DNA from: Candidatus Borrarchaeum weybense
GTDB lineage: Archaea > Asgardarchaeota > Sifarchaeia > Borrarchaeales > Borrarchaeaceae
Length of the DNA stretch: 64,000 bases
NCBI GenBank assembly: GCA_019057385.1
Contig: JAHQJS010000008.1
Span: 64,001-128,000 of the forward strand
Direction of reading: 5' to 3'
Below, piece by piece: positions 19,101 to 30,129 of the stretch (the stretch's first letter is position 1; each line of letters opens with the position of its first letter). A program made the position numbers and the translations under genes. Below the pieces are notes generated by a model. It ran no database searches. It was not told the origin of the DNA and was given only the letters and a program-made list of their open reading frames with translations.

Positions 19101-20351
19101 ATGACTTATAAAGCAGTTATAATCACCCCATCGTTTCCTAGATACCTTAACGATCCAGTTTCTCCATTTCTTTTTGAATTGTTTACTCGGGTTGCAAAAC
19201 TTGGCTTTGAGATTCACGTCGTTTCACCTCAGGATTATATGATACCAGGTATTGGACCAATATTAGACGAAGAAATCTTAGGGGGTATCCACGTACATCG
19301 TTTCACGTATATGCGTCCACCATGGCTTCAAACTTTGACTTACCGAGATAGAATGCCCGCTAATCTCGAAGAATCAGCATTTGCAAAAATGCTTACGCCT
19401 TTTTACTTGCTAAATGCTGCACGGAAGACTATAGAAATTTGCAAGAACTATAATGCCGATATAATCTGTCCTTTCTGGGCGCTCCCACAAGGCCTCATAG
19501 GAATCTTGGTTAAACGCATTTTTAACCGACCACTGATAGTTGGGACGTTTCCTGTTGAAATTGCTCTTTCTCAATCTAAGTATCAGTTTATGATGCCTGC
19601 CCTTGATTTAGTCTTCAAAATGGCTGATGTAATTATACCTAATTCAAATTTCACAAAAAAAGAAATTGAACGTATGGGCGTTAACCCCAATAAATTGAAA
19701 ATGGTTTACCCAGGCGTAGATCCTAAAAAATTCAATCCAAATTTAGATGGTTCCCTTGTTAGGGAAAAATATAATTGTAATGGCGATCCAATTCTTCTTA
19801 CTGTTTGTAGATTGGTTGAGCGGAAAGGGATAAGATATCTAATAGATGCATTACCCTCAATAAGAAAAGAGTTTCCGAATGTGCAACTTTTAATCGCAGG
19901 AGATGGTCCTGAAACAAATATTTTGATGAGCCAAGCAAAAAGACTAGGAGTTATGGATAGCACAGTATTCTGTAGAATGGTGCCTGATGATGACCTTCCA
20001 TACTTCTATGCGATTGCTGATGTTTTTATTTTGCCCGCGATTATAGACTCAAAGGGAGATACCGAAGGGCTGGGTGTGGTAATGCTTGAAGCCATGGCTA
20101 GCGGAGTCCCAGTAATTGCCTCAAGAGTGGGAGGAATCCCGGAAGCATTAAACTACGGAAAAGCTGGAATTCTCATCGAACAAAAGAACCCTAAACAAAT
20201 TAAAGAGGCGGTGATCTCTCTCTTACACAATGATGACTTAAGAATGTCTTTGAGCAAAAAAGGCAGAGAATGGATACTTAAAACTTTTAGTTGGGACAGT
20301 CTTGCCAAACAAATAACTGAAATTTTCCGCTATTCCCTTACTCGTTACTAA
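19101..20351 (+). CDS. Glycosyltransferase family 4
   Basis: RLVERKG, EGLGVVMLEAMASGVPVIASRVGGIPE. Confidence 0.93.
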   Translation: MTYKAVIITPSFPRYLNDPVSPFLFELFTRVAKLGFEIHVVSPQDYMIPGIGPILDEEILGGIHVHRFTYMRPPWLQTLTYRDRMPANLEESAFAKMLTPFYLLNAARKTIEICKNYNADIICPFWALPQGLIGILVKRIFNRPLIVGTFPVEIALSQSKYQFMMPALDLVFKMADVIIPNSNFTKKEIERMGVNPNKLKMVYPGVDPKKFNPNLDGSLVREKYNCNGDPILLTVCRLVERKGIRYLIDALPSIRKEFPNVQLLIAGDGPETNILMSQAKRLGVMDSTVFCRMVPDDDLPYFYAIADVFILPAIIDSKGDTEGLGVVMLEAMASGVPVIASRVGGIPEALNYGKAGILIEQKNPKQIKEAVISLLHNDDLRMSLSKKGREWILKTFSWDSLAKQITEIFRYSLTRY

Positions 20352-20442
20352 TTGATTTCAAACTATTTAACTCCTTAGAAGCCTTAATTTTTTTAAATCG
20401 GCTTTAGCTTTCGAAGGAAAAAACATGAAGAAATGCCAAGCA

Positions 20443-20940
20443 TTATTTATGAAGAAAAATTTTTATTTTGCGCAAAAGCACTTCATTCCACACACTTTGA
20501 AAGTGTTTCAAAAACTTCCATGTCTTTTCTAATTCTCCGTTAAGTCGTGATTTTTGCGCTGCTTCCAGAAGTTGATGCATGAAAAATAAACTATGATAAG
20601 GGGATTCGTCTGTATGAAAAAAGAGTGAAGTCGATTCCACAGGTTTGATTGGGGGGGCTATAGTAATCCTTGTCCGCCATGTTGAGGCTAAGAATAAACT
20701 TAGTATTGCGATATATAAAACCCAAATCAGCGAATTATTGCGGACATTAACTATAAATACTCCTAGAATAGCATAAACTAAAGTAAGAAGTGCCATTAGA
20801 CTGACTGCGAATAGAGATACAACAGTTCTTCGATATCTTCTTGAATTGTGGATGAGATCCTTGAGGAATAACAAATCATAGACTAAAACAGATAAAAAGA
20901 GTATATAGTCGTAACCAATCTTTTTAACAATTCTTTTCAT
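20443..20940 (-). CDS. Hypothetical membrane protein
   Basis: About 3 hydrophobic segments. Confidence 0.6.
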   Translation of the reverse strand: MKRIVKKIGYDYILFLSVLVYDLLFLKDLIHNSRRYRRTVVSLFAVSLMALLTLVYAILGVFIVNVRNNSLIWVLYIAILSLFLASTWRTRITIAPPIKPVESTSLFFHTDESPYHSLFFMHQLLEAAQKSRLNGELEKTWKFLKHFQSVWNEVLLRKIKIFLHK

Positions 20941-21014
20941 TAGGATCGTTATCCAAAATCTACTTTATGAACAATCTGTATTCTTCTAGAAATACACTGG
21001 TTCTCAATTTTCCA

Positions 21015-23747
21015 CTAACTTGTCTTTTTTTTAGTTGTTGCTTTTGGAAAATCAATATAATCGCATTCTTTATTGGGGCATTTCCAGTACCGGTTCTTTT
21101 GTTTTGAAAGTTTGCTGATAAGAGGGAATCCGCATTTCGGACAAGCAGTTTTTAAAGGGTTATCGCCAGGATATAGTGAGATGGTTAGTTTACATTCGGG
21201 ATAATTAGAGCAACCAAGAAACCTTCCAAATTTCCCTGTTCTTTCAATTAACTCTCCTTTGCCACAAGCAGGACACTTTACAACACCGCTTTCATGTTTT
21301 CGCGCCTCTTTTTGATCAATTTCTTCAGTGCATTCCTTGTTCGAACACTTATAGTAACGTTTTTTATTTTTTGAGAGTTTTGAGATAATAGGCCATCCAC
21401 ATGTACAGACCTTTTTCAGAGGTCGATCACCAGGATATAATGTAATCGTAGTTTTACATTCGGGATAATTAGAGCAACCTAAAAATTTGCCGTATTTTCC
21501 TCTTCTTTCGACTAATTCTCCTTCCTTACAAACAGGACACTTTTTACGTGATTTTTCATCAACAACCTTCCCCTTGCAATCCTCAACCTCGCAGTTGAAG
21601 CACGGACCACGCTGTTTTTTTCCTTCTTCTGTTTCAATTTCCTCAATCCAGCAAATTGGACAGAGATTGTACTGTACTCCTTTTGGTGAGGTCATCGTTA
21701 TAATTGGTTTATCACATAAAGGACATATGAATTTTGCGGCTCTGGGTATCCCTGCGGGAAGTGGGTATGATGTTTTACATTCTTTCTTATCTGGATTAGT
21801 ACATCGTAAGTAATATCCTTTTTTTCCTTTGAAAATCTCAATTGGGTGGCCGCAGTTTAGGCAATTAAATAATTCAACTTTTGGAGTACTTTTCTTCCTT
21901 TCGGTCTGTATGGCCTCTGCTAGGGCGTTTATTAAAGTTTCTTCTTTTGCGACAACTTCTTTGAAGAGTTTTTTCATGCGTTTCGACGAATCTTTGACAA
22001 CAGTTTCTTTTTTTTGCTCTCCTGTCGCAACAAGATTCGTTTGGTTCTCGATATAGGCTCTGAGTTCTGGTTTAACAAGCATCTCATCAATATTTCCTAA
22101 TCCGGTGATTAAAGCTATACCCAGCAAAGTTGGTTGAATCGTTCGTCCTTTTCCAGAGATTTTAAAATAGTTTCGCAGTTTATTTGTTTTAATGTGCTGT
22201 GGGATTGTAGCATCTGTCCCGATACCATTTTTATCCATTAATTTGATTAATTCAGTTTCTGTGATCCGACGTGGAGGTTTAGTTTCTCCTTTTTTCATTT
22301 CTAGGTTGGCGATATTTACTTCATCGCCTTTTTTAAGGACTGGTAGTAACCTTTCAGTAATTTTTCGAAATGGATATATTTCTAAAAAACCGAGCTGCTT
22401 CAGTTGCTTTCCAGTTAGATTAAACATTTCTTGACCGATTTGAATGGTTATTTTCATTTCTGAATATACTGCGGGCATGCTCATGGTGGCAAAAAAATGT
22501 CTTGAAATCATGTCATAGACTGACCATACAGCATTTTTGTCAAATTTTTTGACCTCAGGCAATTTTTCCAATTCGCTTTTTTCAATACTTTTTGTAGGAT
22601 GAATTGGTGGATGTGCTTTATCATCTCGCTTTCCGCGTGTAGCTCGTATGCGTTTTTGTAGTAACTTTGAGACATAGTCACCCCATTCTGGATGGTCAGC
22701 ATGTTGCTCTAGCAATCTTTTAAGGCTAAAGGTTCGTGGATAGATTTCTGTTTCTGTTCTTGGATAACTTATAATTCCTGCATTATACAAGCGCTCTGCA
22801 ATTTCCATGGCGCGTTCAGATGCAATTTGTAGATGTTTTGCCGCCATACTAACAAATTGAACCGTGTTTAAGGGCTTTGGTGGATATGCTTTCTTTTCTT
22901 CGGTAATTACATCTTCCACTCTGCCCTTTGTTTCTTTTTTCAATCCATCAAAAATTTTCTTACATTCTTTTTTATCGAATAGGCGATCTTTCTCCCATTT
23001 GAGATCATAAAGTTGTTTTTCAATCTCAATTTGAGCAAAAATAAACCAGAATGGTTCTGGAACAAACGCTTCCCGTTCCAAATGTCTTCCAACTACAAAA
23101 GAAAGTGCAGCAGTTTGACATGGACCGAAACTTACTATTTTAGGCGCAGACACTGGATTGACTTTACGCACCCCCATTGTTTGAAAGCGAGTAAACGCAC
23201 TGCCAGATCTTAGATCTATTTCTTGGCGTGATTCTACCTTTTCTACTATGTTACTATCTAATGTAGTCTTACTTGCCTCACTGAACGCCTTTTGGATATC
23301 TTGTTTTGTGACAGCAGAAAATATCATTCGATGTACTGTTATGTTTGGATTTATTTCCAAAATAATCGCTGCTATATCGTATCCAATTTTTTCTCCTTCA
23401 GAATCTGCGTCTGTAGCTATTATAAGTTCATCTGCATCTTTACCGAGTTTCTGGAGTTGATTAATCACCTTTGGGATCTCTTTGTTTGTCTCATTAATTT
23501 TATAAATCGTAGGTGCATCAAATAAGCTTTCAGGGTCAACTTTATCCCATTTATTGTATTTATCCTCAAAATCAAGAGTTTTTACATGACCTAAAACAGA
23601 AGTTACAGTCAGATCATCATTATTAATTTTAAATCGATGAATAGGAGTATATTTGCTCATACCTTTCTCTTTAGTCACTTTTTTGCCCAAAATATGACTA
23701 ATTCTTCTAGCGATGCTGGGTTTCTCAGTAATTATTAATATCTGCAT
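21015..23747 (-). CDS. topA: Type IA topoisomerase, Top3-like, with C-terminal zinc ribbons
   Basis: TEKPS, ATDADSEGE, catalytic ISYPRTET, multiple CxxC zinc ribbons. Confidence 0.95.
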   Translation of the reverse strand: MQILIITEKPSIARRISHILGKKVTKEKGMSKYTPIHRFKINNDDLTVTSVLGHVKTLDFEDKYNKWDKVDPESLFDAPTIYKINETNKEIPKVINQLQKLGKDADELIIATDADSEGEKIGYDIAAIILEINPNITVHRMIFSAVTKQDIQKAFSEASKTTLDSNIVEKVESRQEIDLRSGSAFTRFQTMGVRKVNPVSAPKIVSFGPCQTAALSFVVGRHLEREAFVPEPFWFIFAQIEIEKQLYDLKWEKDRLFDKKECKKIFDGLKKETKGRVEDVITEEKKAYPPKPLNTVQFVSMAAKHLQIASERAMEIAERLYNAGIISYPRTETEIYPRTFSLKRLLEQHADHPEWGDYVSKLLQKRIRATRGKRDDKAHPPIHPTKSIEKSELEKLPEVKKFDKNAVWSVYDMISRHFFATMSMPAVYSEMKITIQIGQEMFNLTGKQLKQLGFLEIYPFRKITERLLPVLKKGDEVNIANLEMKKGETKPPRRITETELIKLMDKNGIGTDATIPQHIKTNKLRNYFKISGKGRTIQPTLLGIALITGLGNIDEMLVKPELRAYIENQTNLVATGEQKKETVVKDSSKRMKKLFKEVVAKEETLINALAEAIQTERKKSTPKVELFNCLNCGHPIEIFKGKKGYYLRCTNPDKKECKTSYPLPAGIPRAAKFICPLCDKPIITMTSPKGVQYNLCPICWIEEIETEEGKKQRGPCFNCEVEDCKGKVVDEKSRKKCPVCKEGELVERRGKYGKFLGCSNYPECKTTITLYPGDRPLKKVCTCGWPIISKLSKNKKRYYKCSNKECTEEIDQKEARKHESGVVKCPACGKGELIERTGKFGRFLGCSNYPECKLTISLYPGDNPLKTACPKCGFPLISKLSKQKNRYWKCPNKECDYIDFPKATTKKKTS

Positions 23748-24044
23748 TTAACAAGCCTCATCGTGATTACCGGTGTTGCTCCCTTTATAAAATTCAAGTA
23801 GATGTGCACAATATAAAATTATAAACATAACGATTGTGACTATCTAAATTGCTTTTCGTTTGATATACAGTTTATATGTTTGCGTAGCTTTTCTTAGTGA
23901 ATATCAGAAAATTTGAGTATATTACGGTAATTAAGATACGCACTGAATTTTTCAAAATTTGACTCATATCAAATTTCGATATGTTTAAATATCTACTCAT
24001 CGCGAAGTTATTAAGTTTTTAAGTTTTTCAAAGGTGATGATTTT

Positions 24045-24293
24045 ATGGCTTCCGAAAAGCTACCATTGAAGTTATTGATGCATATAGTTAACTCAGAAAT
24101 AATTATAAGACTCAAAGACAATAGAGAATTTCGAGGGCGCCTTCAGAGTGTCGACAACTATATGAACTCTATCCTGAGCGATGCCATCGAAATAAAGGAT
24201 GGAAACAAACTTGCTAAGTACGGAGAAGTGTTTATCAGGGGTAATAACATACTTTGGATACAGACAGAATGGGACGAGGTTGAAACGGATTAA
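24045..24293 (+). CDS. Sm-like (Lsm) protein
   Basis: GRLQSVDNYMN..LSDA, VFIRGNNI. Confidence 0.92.
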   Translation: MASEKLPLKLLMHIVNSEIIIRLKDNREFRGRLQSVDNYMNSILSDAIEIKDGNKLAKYGEVFIRGNNILWIQTEWDEVETD

Positions 24294-24458
24294 TTAAATC
24301 CTTTTAATCCACGAAATATGAGGAAACTTAACGAGACGTAATTAAATCCCTTTACCCTTAACCAAAACTAATCTAATAGATTTAAAAACAATAATTACAG
24401 TGCATTTTTGAGTATACAATAATTACTCAATCTGTAATTTTCTTCAAGAAATTAAGGC

Positions 24459-25025
24459 ATGATAGTTATGCCTGAATTAAATGAATTTTCTTATAAGAAA
24501 CGCATTATGAAACTCTATTCTGAACCAAGCTATGTTAAGACATATGACAGACGATATAATTCAATTCAACGTGAAAAGTACGAGATTATTTTACCATACC
24601 TCGAAAATCACCCACTTTGGATTTTAGATGTTGGTATTGGAACTGGACTATTTTTAAATAAAGTTGTAAGGCAGTGGACACTGATAGGCACAGATTTATC
24701 CTTAAGAATGTTACATATAGCTAAAAAAAGAGCAAAAAAAAACACTAATGTTGAATTAGTTTTGGCTGATGCAGATTATCTTCCTTTTAAAGAACGCATT
24801 TTTCAGATTGTCACAACGTTTACGTTACTTCAAAATGTACCCAATCCTTTGAAGACAATTCAAGAACTTAAACGTGTAAGCGATAATTTAGTTGCTATAA
24901 CAGTTTTGAAGAAGAAAATAAATGTACTTTCCCTTAGGGAATTCCTCAAGAAATCAGGGGTTACAAAGTTTAACATCATAGAGAGGGAAAGTGAAGATAT
25001 TTTTGCAGTTTGTTATGTCACCTAA
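24459..25025 (+). CDS. Class I SAM-dependent methyltransferase
   Basis: ILDVGIGTG, ADADYLPF. Confidence 0.88.
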   Translation: MIVMPELNEFSYKKRIMKLYSEPSYVKTYDRRYNSIQREKYEIILPYLENHPLWILDVGIGTGLFLNKVVRQWTLIGTDLSLRMLHIAKKRAKKNTNVELVLADADYLPFKERIFQIVTTFTLLQNVPNPLKTIQELKRVSDNLVAITVLKKKINVLSLREFLKKSGVTKFNIIERESEDIFAVCYVT

Positions 25026-25029
25026 CGAA

Positions 25030-27138
25030 TTATTGTCCTGTTGAATCATCTTGGATTATATCATTCATTTCATCCAGTTTTTGTTTTCTGTATTCCTTGA
25101 TTATCTTTTTTAACATATCTTGTGTCTTTTCTTTCAGCAGTTGATTATATCTTTTTTCCCATTCCAGAAGTTTCTCATCCAGTTCATTCTTGTCTACTAT
25201 GGCGAATTCGTCTACATTTTTTAATGTTTTTAATTCATTTCTCTCGATTAGGGGTATTTCGTATTCTAAAAAGCGAGCTTCTGCAATATGAGACATTTTT
25301 TTGCAATCAGTAATGATCGCCTTGATCTCAAAAGAGATTAATATGTCTGCTGTAGATTTTGAGCCTCCGGATGGATCTAAAAGCAAACAAACGTCTCCTT
25401 TTTTAATTCCAAATTCTTCTTTTGCTTTATTAATGCCTTCTACACTGAATATTTCGATTATACGGAGAGGAATAGCATATCCTCGTGTTTCAATCAACTT
25501 CAAGCGTTTAAGATCACTGAACTTAGACCTTAATTGTGAGATTTCGTTCTTAAAATCAATTTCTTGTTTTCTGAGTCTTCCTATCTCTTCATCTCTAAAT
25601 TGTATTTCTCTGAGTTTTTTCAGTTCAGTTCTCTCTTCTGATTGAAGTAGTTTGATCTTTTCCTGAAAATCTTTGATAATTGTTTCTAACTCACTTATTT
25701 TAGAAGAATAAAGCTCGTTTTGGGTTCTTAAATTATCAAGTTGTTCTTCTTGGAGTTTTATTTTTGCCCTTGATTCTGATATCTTTGCTTCCATTTGTTC
25801 AGTGGTCAAGGTCACTTCAATTGCTTCTTCGATAATTGTTTCTTCCTTTTCTTCTTGTACAAGGCGATCAATGGCGTCTTTTATTGGTATGTCTTCTTGT
25901 ACAACTAAGGCTTTTACATTATCGATGAATGAGCGCGAAATAGGGATTCTAACATCAAGCTTTTTAATCGCAGCCTCTATTCGGTCAAAAACATTTTTGT
26001 GCGAAGAATATGCGTTAAGTGCGGCTACTAATGCGTCGCGTTCATGACTATTTGATGGCTTAGTGCCATTTGTATTATTGAACGTACGAATCATTGCGTT
26101 TTTGTCGCTAACAGTCATAACTTTGGTTGCAGAGTGAATTCTTGAATTGAATTTTGTTGAAAGTGTTTGAATAAAGGCTGGTACAGATGTGACATCGGTT
26201 GCAATGATAGTAGCTGTGCCATACTCTGAAATTTTTCTTACTACATCACCTCTGGATAAGCCCTTTGCACTATCAAGTAGTATTACTCCCCCACGCAGAT
26301 CAAGAATAGCGATACCTACAGTAACACCAGGATCGATACCTACAATTAATTTTTTCATTTTAGTAACTGTTGCCTGAACAGGGAAATTCGTACCCCCTAA
26401 CGACGGTATGAATTCAATTCGTTTCCTTTTAACAGGATTGATTTTAATTTGAATATCAGGACCTTTTGTTTTTTTGATAATACCGTAAAGTTTATCCTGC
26501 GAAGTATAAACTGTAAAAATTGCTCTATCTAAACCATAAGCAGAATCTTTTATCGTGATGTCGAAGTCTAATGAAGCGCTTTCCAGTCGATCTCGTATTT
26601 CTTTTGCAGCATTCTGAATAAGGGCGCTTATTCTACGGTGATATCTATCTTGAGACCATCCACCAGATCCCAATGATCTAGCTCGTGTTACATAGATTTC
26701 AGTTTCCTCTTCAAAAGGAGAGGCTATATATCCAACATTTTTAGCTGCCAATCGAGCAGAAACTTCGGCTTCTTCTATTGCGTTTCCCTTCCCTGAAATA
26801 GGAATGCCATATCGATTTGCAACTCTGTTTAGCGGTTCCATTCCGTGAGAAGGATGTGGCGATCCTGTGACTTGTATCAATTTCATTGTTGGAGGAAGAC
26901 GGGCTAAAAAGGACACTAAGGCTTCACTAGTAGGTGCTAATTCATAGATATTATCAATAGCTAAGATGTCTGCATTAAGTTCTTTAATTAGTTTAACAAG
27001 ACGATATTTTGTAATAGCGGTTTTACGGTCGACAATATTATCGTTTTGCAGGACTACTGCAGAAAACTTCGGAGGTGATTTAACAGAAGAGCTTTGTGGC
27101 AGTATATCGATTCCTATTATGATACGTTCATCTTCCAT
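25030..27138 (-). CDS. DUF460 protein (RNase H-like folds plus coiled coil)
   Basis: IGIDI, GGWSQDRY, IVGIDPGVTVG, HERDAL. Confidence 0.88.
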   Translation of the reverse strand: MEDERIIIGIDILPQSSSVKSPPKFSAVVLQNDNIVDRKTAITKYRLVKLIKELNADILAIDNIYELAPTSEALVSFLARLPPTMKLIQVTGSPHPSHGMEPLNRVANRYGIPISGKGNAIEEAEVSARLAAKNVGYIASPFEEETEIYVTRARSLGSGGWSQDRYHRRISALIQNAAKEIRDRLESASLDFDITIKDSAYGLDRAIFTVYTSQDKLYGIIKKTKGPDIQIKINPVKRKRIEFIPSLGGTNFPVQATVTKMKKLIVGIDPGVTVGIAILDLRGGVILLDSAKGLSRGDVVRKISEYGTATIIATDVTSVPAFIQTLSTKFNSRIHSATKVMTVSDKNAMIRTFNNTNGTKPSNSHERDALVAALNAYSSHKNVFDRIEAAIKKLDVRIPISRSFIDNVKALVVQEDIPIKDAIDRLVQEEKEETIIEEAIEVTLTTEQMEAKISESRAKIKLQEEQLDNLRTQNELYSSKISELETIIKDFQEKIKLLQSEERTELKKLREIQFRDEEIGRLRKQEIDFKNEISQLRSKFSDLKRLKLIETRGYAIPLRIIEIFSVEGINKAKEEFGIKKGDVCLLLDPSGGSKSTADILISFEIKAIITDCKKMSHIAEARFLEYEIPLIERNELKTLKNVDEFAIVDKNELDEKLLEWEKRYNQLLKEKTQDMLKKIIKEYRKQKLDEMNDIIQDDSTGQ

Positions 27139-27269
27139 GAAATCACCGATTAATGGACCCTCGTTGTTTTTAAGGGTTCACTTATCGCGTGTAATTTCTT
27201 TAGAGGGTATCTCATTTCTATATACATTATAATGGCAAAGTTAATTTTTCTTTCTATGTGTTATAAACT

Positions 27270-28163
27270 TCATCCACGCTGTATAAAATTTTGAACTTTG
27301 ATTAGATCTTCATAGATCTCAAATCTTTTTTGAAAAAAGGTTAATACATTATTTATGTCACGTTTAAGCATTGCTTCTGCGTTTGGATGCTTTTTATTTG
27401 CCCATTGGGGCCAATCAATAATAATGGTATTATATTCGGGAGTAACAAGAATATTAAATTCTGAAAGATCCGCATGAATAATTTCACAAGATCGATAAAT
27501 TGTTTTTACGATTTCAATGATTTCAGTTAGTATAGCATTAGGTTCTTCTATCTCTAAGATGATAGATAGTTCCTCACCCTCAATCAACTCCATTACTACA
27601 CAATGCCTATTTTGCCCTAGTGGCTCAGGAACAGATGATATTACAGGATAAATTCTCTTTAATGCGACATATTCTCTTCTAGCAGCTATTTGTGACTCTA
27701 GCAACCATGAAAGATGCTTTCTGCCTGCAGTGTATGACCTCAAGCGGCGTGTTTGGCGAAAACTTGTCCTACCAAGCCTGTGGAATTTTATAACAACGGT
27801 CTCACTTTCAGGTGTAAGCGCTTCATATACATCAGATTCCTTACCTACTCCTATGGGCATTCCAATCGCTTCTATAACATTAGCACAAACTAGTGTGTTA
27901 AGAGCCAAACAATCATGCCCATTAGAATTCAATTCAAACCCTAAATATGATCCGCCCCAACGGAGGATCAACTCAAGTTTGTTAAGCTTATCAAGTCGGA
28001 ATACGACTTCATCCTCAGGAAACCCTGAGATCAGGGAGATTATCTTTATAGGGACATGCTCATATGCTCTTATACCGCGCTCAATCGCTTCTAGAATTTT
28101 GAAATCGTCGGGATCCAATTTCTTAAATGCGTTGATAGCTTTTTGTGACATTTCTAAACCCAA
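27270..28163 (-). CDS. rio2: RIO2 serine/threonine kinase
   Basis: N-terminal wHTH, GVGKESDVY, KFHRLGRTSF, IHADLSEFNI, IIDWPQ. Confidence 0.95.
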   Translation of the reverse strand: MGLEMSQKAINAFKKLDPDDFKILEAIERGIRAYEHVPIKIISLISGFPEDEVVFRLDKLNKLELILRWGGSYLGFELNSNGHDCLALNTLVCANVIEAIGMPIGVGKESDVYEALTPESETVVIKFHRLGRTSFRQTRRLRSYTAGRKHLSWLLESQIAARREYVALKRIYPVISSVPEPLGQNRHCVVMELIEGEELSIILEIEEPNAILTEIIEIVKTIYRSCEIIHADLSEFNILVTPEYNTIIIDWPQWANKKHPNAEAMLKRDINNVLTFFQKRFEIYEDLIKVQNFIQRG

Positions 28164-28337
28164 TTAACACCTTTTTTAACCGGTGATATTAACTTTCATA
28201 AAGTATATCTTGACAACAAAGATCTATAAGTTTAGATTTTACTTTAAATGTTATAGCATGGATAAATATATATTTAACATTGTGCATTTGTATTGAATGA
28301 GAATTTATTTGTTTAAATAATGGTAGGATGTGCAGAG

Positions 28338-28616
28338 ATGCCTAAAGACTTAATTGTAAAAGATGAAGATGTCTCAAATGTTGCAAAAGCATTAGCTTCG
28401 GGAACAAGATGGGAAATACTTAAGTTATTGAAAGTCGAGGCACTCGATGTAAGTAGAATTGCTGAAAAACTAGGTCAGACTGAAGCAAACATAAGCGCAC
28501 AGATCAAAATAATGGAAAATGCGAATCTTATCGAAACTCACTACGAGCCTGGAGTGCATGGAGTTCGAAAGGTGTGTAAGCCTGCCATTGATCGTATTAT
28601 TCTTACGATAGATTAA
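28338..28616 (+). CDS. ArsR-family HTH regulator
   Basis: ALASGTRWEILKLL, ANISAQIKIMENANLI. Confidence 0.85.
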   Translation: MPKDLIVKDEDVSNVAKALASGTRWEILKLLKVEALDVSRIAEKLGQTEANISAQIKIMENANLIETHYEPGVHGVRKVCKPAIDRIILTID

Positions 28617-30124
28617 GGGCTTTTTCCCTCATATTTCTTCGCAATTTCTTCTAATGACATTGAAATCTGCGGAGAAGGTGAATATCGATTTCTTATTTTG
28701 ACAAAGATTGGATGTGACACCGCATTTCCCACAATGAGTGCCTCACCTACGTTAAGGGTTGTTATTGTATCTAATGAGGCTTTGTCAACCATTTCTGAAC
28801 TCTGACCAATGAGCTTAAGGTCGTATGGGTTCGTTATTCGCAGATAAATTTGGCTGTTTAACTGGCTAAGCACAGTAGTACTTAAGCGCACAGGTCGCTG
28901 TGAGATTAGCACTAATGAAGCATAGAACTTCCGACCCTCTCTAGCAATCGTTTCAATAATGCCCTTTGATATGGCAGGTCCTTCTGGACAGAATTGATGA
29001 GCTTCCTCTAGAATAAAAACGAAGGGTGGGATTTCTCCTCGCTTTCTCAAATTAAATAAACTATTAATTAAGTAATTGACTATTATCTGCTTTTTTCGTA
29101 GACTTATGATTTCACGAAGATCGAAGATTGTGGCTTCACCAACTCGAATTCTTTCTTTTAGCGAAGGATGTTCCTCAAATCCGAACAACTGCGTACTTTC
29201 TAAGTCGTAAAACCATCCCATCATTGCCTCTTTTGTTCTTGGATTCATTTCACTTTGTTCAATCATTCCAATAAGCTCATTTAAATCGTAGGGTTTTCCA
29301 GTTTTACCACTCATTCCTCTCAATTTTTTGATAATCTTGTTTAACTCCCTTATTTGCACGTAGCTCATTTGTGATTGAAAACTTGCAAAATTATAACTGG
29401 TAAGTTTAGGGACACCAAGTTGAATGTAGGGGCCATTTATCACCGTAGTTTTCTCAGAAAAATCAGATTTTGTTGAGTCAGAGGCTGTCGCGAGACTCGT
29501 ATATTCTCCATGTACATCAAGAATTACGACTGCCACTCTACCTTGTTCTGGTTTTCTCATTAACAATTCTTCAATCAATACGCTGGTTAGATAACTTTTA
29601 CCCGCACCTGAAATTGCAAGGATTGCCACATGTTTTTGAAATAACCTCGTGAGATTGAGTGTTACTGGAACATCATGATGGAGTAATTTCCCAAGATTGA
29701 CGCCCGAGGGATCTAATCCTAATACCTGTAGTAGCATCTCCGGAGTTGCTAAAAAAACGCGGTCGCCAGGACCGGGCGGGAAAGTGACGCGTTCAAGCCG
29801 TCCCGATGGGGAGATTCTGCCCATAGGTTTCGCTTCAGCAAGTATGTATTCCCAACGATCTGCTGGAAAGATAGTTGTAAGAGGTCCACTTCTTTCATAT
29901 TCTTTTACGGCTTCTGCGCTCTCAAAGTACCGATTTGTCTTCATAATATTTGTTACTGTCGCAATGAGCATTCCATCAACATCAGCGCTTTCAACAGCTA
30001 TAAACTGACCCTTTCTCAACGGTATCGAATTTTCGATTTCCGTGATGACCAGTTTGAATTCACTAGGAGTTGGTGAATCCCTCGCTGCAATAACAGTACC
30101 TATCAGCTTTTTCATGTTTTTCAC
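28613..30124 (-). CDS. herA: HerA helicase/translocase
   Basis: HAS barrel, AISGAGKS, LEEAH, AREGRKF, SQRP; adjacent to nurA. Confidence 0.9.
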   Translation of the reverse strand: MKNMKKLIGTVIAARDSPTPSEFKLVITEIENSIPLRKGQFIAVESADVDGMLIATVTNIMKTNRYFESAEAVKEYERSGPLTTIFPADRWEYILAEAKPMGRISPSGRLERVTFPPGPGDRVFLATPEMLLQVLGLDPSGVNLGKLLHHDVPVTLNLTRLFQKHVAILAISGAGKSYLTSVLIEELLMRKPEQGRVAVVILDVHGEYTSLATASDSTKSDFSEKTTVINGPYIQLGVPKLTSYNFASFQSQMSYVQIRELNKIIKKLRGMSGKTGKPYDLNELIGMIEQSEMNPRTKEAMMGWFYDLESTQLFGFEEHPSLKERIRVGEATIFDLREIISLRKKQIIVNYLINSLFNLRKRGEIPPFVFILEEAHQFCPEGPAISKGIIETIAREGRKFYASLVLISQRPVRLSTTVLSQLNSQIYLRITNPYDLKLIGQSSEMVDKASLDTITTLNVGEALIVGNAVSHPIFVKIRNRYSPSPQISMSLEEIAKKYEGKSP

Positions 30125-30129
30125 TTTTT

